From NCBI GenBank assembly GCA_030390025.1, contig JASTWF010000356.1:1-64000 (forward strand): a DNA stretch of 64,000 bases, given 5' to 3'. The DNA is from Squalus acanthias (Eukaryota). This document shows, piece by piece, positions 52,042 to 62,674 of the stretch. Each line of letters opens with the position of its first letter. Positions within the stretch are counted from its first letter, which is position 1. The notes under the pieces were generated by a model. It saw only the letters and a program-made list of their open reading frames with translations, did no database searches and was not told where the DNA came from. The translations under genes were made by a program, and so were the position numbers.

Positions 52042-52999
52042 GAATAACAACATAAATTAAACAACCAGGCTCTTAACTCTTTTTTTTTTTTTATGGCTGC
52101 AATAAATCCTAAACAGATTTATGAAGTTGACACATTCAGCTTTTGGCTGAAAGACTTTTACACATCCTATTATTATCTTTCCCCTAAAGTCATCCATTAC
52201 CCAGAATGTTCTGAGCCAATTTGCAACCCAGTCTCAGCAGAAAGCTGTTTGAACTTGGTCTGCACAAAACCGGATTAAAAGGAATGAACTCGAACAGCAA
52301 GTTTCATCTAGGTATTTGGAAAGAGTGTGAATTTCTGGTAAATTTTGGCTAAGTAGAAGCTGTAAAAAATGAAATTTAGTTGTATATTTTGATTTTAACC
52401 TAGAAGTTTAAAATCTGTAGTTCACAGAAGCTGCCTGCCAGTGGCAGTTAACTGTCAGTCAGCTGTAAGTGTTTGTCTTGAAATGGCGCTAATCACCAGG
52501 ACCAGGGGAGCTGAGTCAACACTTGTAAATTGGGTGAGGCTTCTAGTGTATAAAATTAAATATTTCTGCAGAGCAGAGAGCGGTCTGCACAGCGCGGGAT
52601 TAAACGGAGTGGACTTGCACAGAGAGTTTTGTTTAGGATTTTGGAAAAAGTGGGAATTTGAAGAAGAGGGGGAAGGAGTTCCTGCTTTTTGCCTACACAA
52701 TCTGCAGTGATTTGTTTTGCAGGTAGATATTTAATTTTAGTACCCTTAACCTAATACAGATCAGGTAAGTAGTCAATACACTACACTGTAAGCTAAGTTA
52801 CCGAATTACAAATTTAATTAAATTTAATGAATTAAAACAAATTCTTCACACAAATCAGAATGGAAATCTGGAACTCTCTTTCCAAAATGATGTTGAAGCA
52901 AATTTATTGAAAATTTCAAAACTGAGATTGATAGATTTTTGTAAGGCAAGGGAATTAAGGGTTATGGAATCAAGGCGGGTAAATGGAGTTAAGGTGCAG

Positions 53000-54070
53000 A
53001 TTTACATCATACATTGACAGCAGGAGGAATATTTAGATGTAACACAATTCCGTATATTACTCTTCTTTGCGTCTGGGGAATGCTTAGTTCGCAGTTGCAA
53101 AGGAGAGAAAAATATTAGGAGACATTGGGAGGTGGCGGACATAGAATACTGGAACCTCACATTAGGAGGTTGCAACGAAAGAGTCATAAAATGAAATATT
53201 GCGGGCTGTGCTCTCTGCCTGGGGCGTCGTTAGGCGGGGCTCGGAGAGAGGCCATAACACTAATGAAAAAATAAAATTCTGCAGATGCTGGAAATCTGAA
53301 ATAAAAACAGTCTCTGTGCTCACAAGATGCACAGGCATTGTAATGGGAGAGAGGTAATGTTCTGGGGCATAATGGTAACTCACTGGTATAGTGTCAATAG
53401 CCTTTGTAGCTTCTCCCCTCTGATCGCGATTTATGAAAGTGTTTGGAAAAAAGAAAAGGAGGCCTAAAAAGATAAGTGGACATTTTCTCGTTAAATGAAT
53501 TCATGAGATTTTTTGTGCTGTTTAAACAGCATTCCGAATCCTCCAGCCCCGAGTATGGTGTCAGCTGCTGTAAAGGTAAAGTACTCACACTTTTCACATT
53601 CCCTGTTACACTGAAACCAGACCCTCAAGCTTTAGAGTGGAATAGATTCCATTCCTTTTTAGGTGCAAACATCGTCTTTTCCACATTATTGCACCTCAAT
53701 TTGTTTATCCTCCTACATTCGAGTTTTAGACATTGTCACAAAGATCATTGGGGTACATGTTGGATTGTGCACCAAATCAGGCTGGTTCAGTCCATCCCTG
53801 GAGGATGGTGAACCCATCACTGATCTGCCACTTTCTTTTCTACAGATACTGACCTGGTATTGGAACAAACATTTAATGGAAAAACTATACGGGGCAAAAG
53901 TCTCAGAAAAAGATACTAAACGTCCTACCACCTCTTCTAAAGATGATTAACAAATGATGCAGATTGTTTATTGCGTTCAGCAGTTTTATTCTTTATTTGA
54001 ATTTGCCTGTGAGACTGACTGACACCTTCAATGACCAATTAGTTCATGGACCCAGCACTGGCCTCAAATC
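53000..54070 (+). pseudogene. Unidentified multicopy unit, copy 3 (inverted, internally deleted)
   Basis: Reverse complement of 37780-38470 and 38970-39215. Confidence 0.4.
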
Positions 54071-54084
54071 AGTTTCCATCTCCA

Positions 54085-54228
54085 GCTTTTTCCAGTTCTG
54101 ACGAAGGGTCATCGTCTTGAAACGTTAACTTTGTTTCTCTCTCCACAGATGCTGACTGACCTGCTTAGTATATCCAGAATTTTCTGTTTTAATTTCAGAT
54201 TTCCAGAATCCACTGTATTTTGCTTTTG
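54085..54228 (+). mobile_element. Penelope-like terminal fragment with a degraded hammerhead motif
   Basis: AGTT-CTGACGA-agggtcatcgtctt-GAAAC-GTT-AACT at 54094-54130; same family as 59408-59510. Confidence 0.7.
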
Positions 54229-54379
54229 CATCAGTTGTAGTTACCGTGGGCAAAGCTGGAGTTGGCAGCTGACACTCTGAGTGAATTTAGATCTTAGAAA
54301 TAGGGGAAAGGACAGAAAAGCACAAGGTAATACTAAGTAATTGAATGAAACGCTATTAATTACAAATATAATTAAATTA

Positions 54380-57300
54380 ATTATAATCAGAATCAGGGAG
54401 ACAGAGCTGGGTAAAACGCAATCAGAGTGGATCGCAAGCAGAATGGAAGCTGGGAATAAGGTGATCGTAAAAATTCGGTGTAGAGGTGGAAGGCATTTCT
54501 CACGTCCAGCTCAAAAGATGGAGTGCAGCCAAGAATTCTAAGTTAATTGTCCAATATTTAGGTTCATTGTATTTTGTAACTCGATGATTCCTGTTAAGCT
54601 TGGGTAAGACATTTAGTCATTGGGCAGTTTGGTTTGAGGAGCGAATATAAAAATTGCAATGTAGTTTAGAGCAATTCTATGAATCACCTTGTATCTAAGT
54701 AGTTTATTTTTAGTTTCTAATTAGGTTGAAGTGACAGATCCGTAGTCTGCAATTCCTGCGCCATGACCGAACTTCAGGACGCTTCATGATTCCCGGATGC
54801 CCATGTTTGCAGGAATAGCCTCCAGCTGCTTGAACTCACGCTGAGGGTTTCTGAGCTTGAGGGGCAGCTGGATTCACTGCAGGGCCTACGAGTGGCTGAG
54901 TGTGTCCTGGATCGCAACCTCCAGAAGATGGATACTGCACAGTTAGCTGGAATTCAGAATGGCAAGTGGGTGGCCACTGACAAGGGTGGGACGAGGCAGA
55001 CAGTGCAGTTATCCTCCGGGAGTGTGGCACTCTCAAACCGATATTCACCATTGGTTACTGGTGAGATCGGCGAAACCGCAAAGAAGTGCAGTGCCGAGCC
55101 TGTCACCGTGAGGCAAAGGATTGCACAGGGGCTACGGCAATGTGTAGGAATACAGTAGTAATTGGGGATTCGACAGTCAGGGGGACGGACAGGCTCTTGA
55201 GCTACCTTCGACGTGACACACGTATGTTATGTTGCCTACCTGGTGCTCGAGTAAGGGACATCACGGAGAGGGTGCCGAACATTCTGCGTGGGAAGGGGAA
55301 GAGCCAGAAGTCTTTGTCCATGTCGGAAGCAACGTCATAGGGAAAAAGTGGACTGAGTTCATGCAATCAGACTTTAAGGAGCAAGGGAGGAAGTTAAAAA
55401 GTACAGCCTGAAAGGTAATAATCTCTAGACTACACCCAGTGCCAGGTTGCGCCAGTGAGAGTAGATATAGGAAGATTTTGTTTGGTTAATGCCTGACGAC
55501 AAACATGGTGCAGGAGGGAAGGCTTCAGATTCCTGTGACATTGAGACCAGTTCTATGGCAGCAGCGACCTGTTCAAGATGGACGTGTTGCACCTCAACTG
55601 AGCTGGGACCAATATCCTTGCGGGCAGGTTAACTAGTGCTGTGGGGGGTGGGTTTAACTAATTTGCCAGTGGATTGGGCAACGAAGTAGAAGCAAGGTGC
55701 ACAGAGGACTGGGAATGCCGGGTTATTTAGAAGAGTTCTAAGTGTGTAAATGCACAAAGTGTGGATAAAAAGGTTGGTGAGCTGCAGACGCAAATAGCCG
55801 CGTGGGTATATGATGCAGTGGCGATAAGGGAGACTTCGCGAAAAAAGGGGAGGATTGGATGCTTAATATTACTGGGTAAAAGTTATTCAGGAGCGAACGG
55901 GAAGGTAAAAATGCAGGAGGGGTAGCAGTTTAGATTAAGGACAATATACCAGTGCTAGAAAGAGAGAATTTCCTTGAGGGGTCAAAGACATAATTTGATT
56001 GGTTGGAGTTGAGAAGCAACAGAGGAGCTATTACGCTGCCTGGTATATTTATGGGCCAAACTGTGGGTTGCTTAAAGAGGAGCAGAATTGCAAGGAAATT
56101 ACTGAATTGTTCATGAACTACAGCGTAGTAATAATGCGAGACATTTGCTACCCCAATACAGATTGAGGCAGTAAATCTGTTAAGGGCAAGGAGGTGGAGG
56201 AATTTCTGAAGAGAGTTCAGGAGCATTTTCTTGATCAGTATGTTTCCGGCACAACGAGGAAGGACGCATTGCTGGATCTAGTGCTGGGGAATGAATTGTA
56301 TCAAGTGGAGAATGTTACAGTGGGGGAGCATCTCGGCAATAGTGATCATAGTATTTTAAGGTTTAGATTAGTTATGGAGAAGGAAATGGAGCTTTCTAGA
56401 GTGAAAATAATTTAGTGGAAGATGGGTAATTTCAACGAATTGAAGAGGATCTGACCCGATTGAGTTGGAGACAAAGACTGGCAGGCGAAATGTAATGGAA
56501 CAATGGGAGGCATTTAAAGAGGAGAATGGTTCGTGTACACTAGAGGTACATTCCTACACGGTGGAAAGGGAGGGCAATCAAAGCCGGAGCTCCCTGGATG
56601 TTGAAGGACTTGGAGAGTAAGATGAAGCAGAAAAAGGTGGCGTATGACAGATGTCAGCTTGATCATAAAAAGGCGAATCAGGCTGAATATGGAAAGTTCA
56701 GAAGAGAAATGAAAAAGGAAATAAAAGGGGAAACGAGTCAGTAGGAGAATAGATTGTCGACAAACATAAAGCGGAATCCAAATGTCTTCTGTAGGCATAT
56801 TGGCCCAGAAATTAGACATCGATGGTTGCCGCGGGGGTAAGGATCTCCCGCGATATCGCACACCGCGCCTGCCTCTATGGTTTTGGCACACATGAACTTC
56901 AGTTCCTGGGCCTCTCCCTGGTGCCGGCGCGCTGTGTGTGCGTGTCCCAGAGGCGCAGTTAGTTCGCTGCGAGCTCTGGGATCACGTGGGCCAGTTAGAG
57001 CCAATGGCAGCACACCATCTTTCATTCATAGTTTTGAAAGGAAGAGCTGTCAAAACTATGAATACCACAAGCCCCCAAAAGAACAGCTAAACCTCAATTA
57101 AATTTAAAAAAGCCATCAAATTAATAAAATAACTGTAGTTAAATAAATTAACCACTTTAAACAAAAAAATTTAATTTTTGAAAAAATTTAAATTCTTTTT
57201 AAAAGTTATAAAAATAAACTTACCGTTCTTTAAAGTCTCTAAAAAAGATAAAACTGTTGAAAAAAAATTAAAATAATATTTAATTAACTACTTACCTTGT

Positions 57301-59325
57301 TAAAAGGGTGTCTTACGCCTGCTTTCTTCATGTGTAAAATCTTCAACACTTACCTGCGCGATCAAACCTGAAAAAAAAACTAAGTGCACTGCGTGCGCAC
57401 GACCGGTTGTGTGCATGCGGTTCACTTTGGAACTGCCCCCTTCGTCATACCCGAAGTGCCGGTTTCCCGTGCATGCGCAGTGCATGCAGTAAACCGGCAC
57501 TTCGGGACCGAATACGCGAGAGTACACAGTGCGTAATCTCCCGTATTAGGTCTAATTTTCGGGCCAATATCTGCAAAAAGTTTGTTAGAGGAGCGGTGCG
57601 GCCGATTAGGGACCAAAATGGAGATCTATTTTTGAAGGCAGAAGGTGAATGAGTATTTGTGTCGGTGTTTACCAAGGAAGAGTACCTTGACAAAGCTATG
57701 GCGTACGAGGATTTTGCTGGGATACTGGATGCGATAAAAATAAATAAAGAGGAGATACTAGACAGACTGGTGGTAATTAAAGTTCATAAGTCACCCGATC
57801 CGAATGGGATGCAACCACGGATGATGCGGAACTAGGGGTAGAAATTGCGGAGGTGCTGGTCACAATATTCCAATCTCTTTACATACAGGGGTGATGCTGA
57901 GGAATGCATGAGTGCAAATTTTAAAAGATAGTTCAAAAAATGGTAGTAGTAAAACCTGGCATTTACAAACCAGTCAGTTTAATGTCGGTGGTGGGGAAGC
58001 TTTTAGAAAAAATAATCCGGGTGTAAAATTAACTGACACTTGGAAAAGTCTGGACTAATAAAGGAGAGCCTGTGTGGATTTGTTCAGGGCAAACCATGTT
58101 TGCCTAACGTGATTGAGTTTGTTGTTGAGTTAACAGAGAGGGTGGATGAGGTCAGTGCAGTTGGTGTTGCGTATAAGGACTTTCAAAAGGCGTTTGATAA
58201 AGTAGCACATACTAGGCTTGTTAGCAAAATTGAAGCCCATGGGATAAAAGGGTCAGTGGCAGCATGGATATAAAATTAGATTATTGATAGAAACAGGGAG
58301 TTGTGGTGAGACGCTGTCTTTCAGACTGGAGGGAGGTATACCGTGGTGTTCCCCGGGGTTCCGTACTAAGACCACTGCTGCTTTGATAAACATTAATGAA
58401 TTGGACTGGGGGTAAAGTGCACGATTTCGAAATTTGCAGATGACACGAAACTTGGAATTTTGTAACCACTGAGACAGGTGGTAATAGACTTCAAGAGGAA
58501 CTAGACAGACTAGTGGAATGGGTGGACACGTGGCAGATGTAATTCAACGCAGAAAAGTGTGAGGTGAGACATTTTGGTGCGAAGAATGAGGAGACACATC
58601 ACAAGCGAAATATTACAATTATAATTTGGGTGCAAGAGCACAGAGATTGAGGGTGTTTGTGCACAAGTGTTTGAAGGTAGCAGAAAAAGGGTAAAAAAGC
58701 TGTTAAAAAAGCAGACAGGATCCTGGGCTTTATAATTAGAGGCACAGAGTACAAAAGCCAGGAGTTATGCTGAACCGATAAAAACACTAGTTCGGCCCTT
58801 GCTGGAGCATTGAGTCCAAATCTGGGCACCACTCTTTAGGACGGACGTGAAGGCTTTGGAGAAGGTCCAGAAGAGATTCACCAGATTGGCTCCAGGGATG
58901 ATGGAATACAATTACGTGAATTGATTTGAGAAGCTGGTGTTGTTCTCCTTAGAGTAGAGAGTGCTAAGAAGAAATTTGATGGAGGTCTTTATCATCATGA
59001 TGGATTTACATTGAGTAAATAAAGATAAACTTTTTCCAGTGTAGGAACGGTCAATAACCACAGGGCACAGATTTAAGGTGATTGGCAGAAGAACCACAGG
59101 CGACATGAGCTAAAACATTTTCACACAGCGATTAGTTAGGATTTGGAATGCACTACATAATATGGTGGTGGGTACAGATTCAATATTAGCCTTCGAAAGG
59201 GAATTGGATAAATGCTTGAATGAGAATAATTGCAGCGATATGGGGAAAGAGTGAGGGAGTGGAAATAACTGGTGGCTCATCGATAGAGCAGAGGGAGACT
59301 CGATGGGTCCAATGGCCTCGTTTTG
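54380..59325 (+). mobile_element. Near full-length decayed CR1 LINE (5' UTR, ORF1 esterase, endonuclease, RT, tail)
   Basis: VIGDSTVRG, CLPGARVRD, LLDLVLGN, LGNSDH, DFQKAFDKV, KFADD in order. Confidence 0.92.
56802..57565 (+). mobile_element. Harbinger-type MITE family 2, inserted in CR1
   Basis: TIRs GGCCCAGAAATTAGAC...GTCTAATTTTCGGGCC; flanks att/aat; CR1 resumes on both sides. Confidence 0.82.
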
Positions 59326-59407
59326 AAAAAAAGACTGTCATTTTATAGCGCCTTTCATGACATTAGGACGTTCCAAAGCGATTGACAGCCAATCAGGTAC
59401 ATTTGAA

Positions 59408-60640
59408 ATAACAACAGAAAACGCTGGAAAAACTCAGCAGGCCAGGCAGCATCCGTGGAGAGAGAAAAAAGAGTTAACGTTTCAGGTCGAAGACCTTTCG
59501 TCAGAACTGGAAATTGCAGGAAATGAAATAGATTTAAGGCAAGGATAAAGCTGGGAAAAGGGGGAGGGGATGAAAGAACAAAAGGAGAGATTACGAGACA
59601 TTGAGAGACATTAAGAGATGATCAAGGCAAGAGGTGGTGTTAATGGGCCAAAAATTGATCCCGCTGCGCGAGAGTACGCACTGCGTACTCTCGCGTATTC
59701 TCTCTCCAATTGCCGGTTTTCTGCATGCCCTGCGCATGCGCTGAAAACCGGCACTTGGTCTTTGGAAAAGGGGGCGGTTCCTCGGTGCATCACGTGCGCG
59801 CTACAGGCTGCGCGCACGCTGTGCACTTAGTGCTTTGGACGCGCAGGTAAGGACGGAAGATTTTAGAAATGGAAAAAGGAGGAGTAAGACCCACTTTTAT
59901 CAAGGTCAGTAGTGAATTAAGTATGTTTTTGAATTTTTTTTAACAGGTATATCTTTTTTAGAGACTTTAAAGACAGGTAAGTTTATTTTTATAAATTTTT
60001 AAAAGATTTTAAATTTTTTCAAAAATTTAATTTTTTATTTAAAATGTTTAATTTATTTAACTATACTTATTTTATTAGCGTGATGTTTTTTTTTAATTTA
60101 ATTGAGGTTTAGCTGTTATTTTGGGGGGGGTGTAAGATTCATAGGTTTCACAGCACGTAAGTGAAACTTATGAATGGAAGATGGTGTGCTGCCATTGGCT
60201 CTAACTGAGTCACGTGATCCCACAGCTCGCACGAATTCACTACGCCGGTGGGATAGGCAAGCACTGCCCAGCTGATGTCTGGAACATCAAGTTCGTGCGA
60301 GCTGGATCTGAAAAAGCCAACGCGGAGTGAGAGATCGCGCCTGCTCCTTACCCCCGCAGGAACAGAGCGAGATCAATTTCTGGGCCAATGTGACAGGTTG
60401 AGGCTAAAAGAAGTGTGAAATGCACTGGCAGAATGAAGGACAGCTGCCAGCTTCTATGAGGGAAAAAAAACGGGGGGCAATCAAAAGGGTGGATGAAAAA
60501 ATAAAATATAAATGTGATAGGGGCTAGGTTATGATCTAAAATTGTTGAACTCGATATTGAGTCCAGAGGGCTGTAGCGTGCCTAAACGAAAGATGAGGTG
60601 CAGTTCCTTGAGCTTACGCTGCGCTTCCGTGGAACAGTGT
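59408..60640 (-). mobile_element. Penelope-like element fragment with an intact minimal hammerhead motif (59472-59508)
   Basis: Minus strand AGTT-CTGACGA-aAGGTCttcGACCT-GAAAC-GTT-AACT; insertion bounded by 11-bp duplication GTACATTTGAA. Confidence 0.75.
59645..60386 (-). mobile_element. Harbinger-type MITE family 2, diverged inverted copy
   Basis: TIRs GGGCCAAAAATTGATC...GATCAATTTCTGGGCC; 3-bp TSD AAT; reverse-complement similarity to 56802-57565. Confidence 0.85.
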
Positions 60641-61199
60641 AATATCGCCTGTGGTTCTTCTGGCAATCACCTTAAATCTGTGCTCTCTGGTTATTGACCC
60701 TTCATACACTGGAAAAAGTTTATCTTTATTTACTCAATGTAAATCCGTCATGATGATAAATATTACATAATGTTAGATAGAATATACAGTACATTTGAAG
60801 TTTAGTCACTGTTGTAATGTAGGAAGTGCAGCAGTCAATTTGTACACAACAAGCTCCCACAGACAGCAATGCGATAATGATCAGATAATCAGCTTTATAG
60901 TGATTTTGATTATGGATAAATATTGGCAGAACGCAGGGGAGAACTCCTCTGCTCGTCTCCGGAATACTGTCTTGGGACCATTACGTTCACCTGGCAGAGC
61001 AGACAGGGTCTCAGTTTAACTTCTCTTCGGAAAGATGGCACCTCCGACAGTGCAGCTGTCCCTTCGTACATGCCCTCGAGTGTCAACCTCGATACCTGTG
61101 CTCAAGTCTCTGTATTGGGACTGTGAACCCAAAACCTCCTGATTCAGAGGCGAAAGTGCTACCCACTGAGCCACGGCTGACATTTACATTGTGTTGACA

Positions 61200-62150
61200 A
61201 AAATAAGGAGGTTCCATCTTACTTGGAAAATAAGAATCTAAATAGGACAGAGGAGAAAAGAGATCTGGGAGTACAGATATATGATTCTATGATTCCATAA
61301 AGTTAGAGAGAATATACAGAACAAAAACAGGCGACATGGCCTAACCAGTTCATGCCGGCGTTTATGCTTCACTCGAGCCTCCTCCCATGCTTTCTCATCG
61401 AACTCTATCAGCATAAACCTCTATTCCCTTCTCCCTCATGTCCTTATCTGGTTTCCCCTTCAATTCATCTAAACTAATCGCCTCAACTATTCCCTGTGGC
61501 AGTGAGTTCCACATTCTCACCACTCGCTGGGAAAGAAGCTTCTTCTGAATTATTTATTTGATTTCGTGGTGACCACCTTATATTTAAGGCCTCCAGTTTT
61601 GCTCTTCCACACAAGTGGGAACAATATTTCTGTGTCTAATCTATCAAAACTTTTAAACTTTAAAGACCTCAATTATGTCACACCTCAGCCTTCTCCTTTT
61701 AAGAGTAAAGAGACCGAACCTGTTCATCCTCTGCTGATAGATATAACCTCGCACTTCTGGCATCATCCTTGGACATCTTTTTTTTCACCTCTCCAGTGAC
61801 TCTACATATTTTTATACCATGGAGACCCGAACTATACACAATACTCCAAGTGTGGTCTAACCAATATTCGATTCAAGTTCAGCATATCCTCTCTACTTTT
61901 TAATTCTATCCAACCCGAAATAAACCCTAGTGTGTGATTTACTTCTTATGACATTATAAATCTGTGCCTTTACTTTTAGTGATTTGTGTATTTGTACTCC
62001 CAGATCTCTTTATTCCTATATTCTAATTAGATTATAATTTTTCAAGTATTATAAATCCTCCTTATTTTTGATTAAAAAAATGAAATACCTCACACTTATC
62101 TGTGTTGAACCGTATTTGCCAATTATCTTCCCATTCTGCAATTTTATTAG
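61200..62150. mobile_element. Old CR1 fragments (short plus piece, then minus 3' fragment)
   Basis: CR1-like tail and RT C-terminal sequence, heavily diverged. Confidence 0.7.
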
Positions 62151-62411
62151 TTTGAGGTGCTGGATTAGTTTGAGGTGCTGTGTTAGATTGCGGTGCTAAT
62201 TTTTTGGAGTTGTTATATGGGTTGTAAGGGCAGTATTAGAAAGAAGAGCTGTGTTAGTTTGAAGAATTTACAGGTGCTGCTGTGACGTGTTTCCTTAATA
62301 GAAATACAATAATTATTTAATATCAAATTACCCAATCTTGTAAGAAAAGGCAGGACAGTTTAATTCTCCAGACCAGATAATCAAACCCTGTAATTTAATT
62401 TGGAAACGTAA

Positions 62412-62605
62412 TGTCGTAAGAATGAGCCTTACGCGTGGTGAACTTAAAGTAAGCTTTAATCAACTAAAAAGGTGCTACATACAAAAGAGGTCTTACTCTA
62501 TGCCTCTTCAGGATCCAACTGATCAGCCCAGTATTTATCCTGGACTAATCACAGGAAGTGGTGTAATAAAGTTCGAGTCACAGGAAGCTGTATTGTGTTA
62601 CCACA
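62412..62605 (-). repeat. Gypsy 3' LTR (about 194 bp) preceded by a poly-G PPT
   Basis: Minus strand G-run-AGAA then TGTGGTAAC...ACGACA; ATTAAA-type signal near 62455. Confidence 0.75.
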
Positions 62606-62674
62606 TTCTCCCCCCCCCCCCCCAAAAGATTAGGAGGCCGGGATGAAGTTCGAGTCACAGGAAGCTGTATTGTG

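Larger units (their letters stand above)
59328..61182 (-). mobile_element. tRNA-derived DeuSINE (SacSINE1-like), split by a 1.4-kb insertion
   Basis: Minus-strand head gtcagccgtggctcagtgggtagcac (A box) and B-box-like ggttcacagtcc; Deu-domain-like gcactgtcggaggtgccatcttt; tail at 59328-59407. Confidence 0.8.

Noticed and set aside
56797..57570. 4-bp ATAT TSD suggesting a Sola element
   Set aside because: The sister copy at 59645-60386 shows a clean 3-bp AAT TSD, which favours Harbinger
61100..61182. tRNA gene
   Set aside because: It is the tRNA-derived head of the SINE and runs straight into the SINE body
600..62646. Numerous 60-160 aa ORFs antisense to CR1 and ERV coding regions
   Set aside because: Shadow frames of transposon sequence with no independent support
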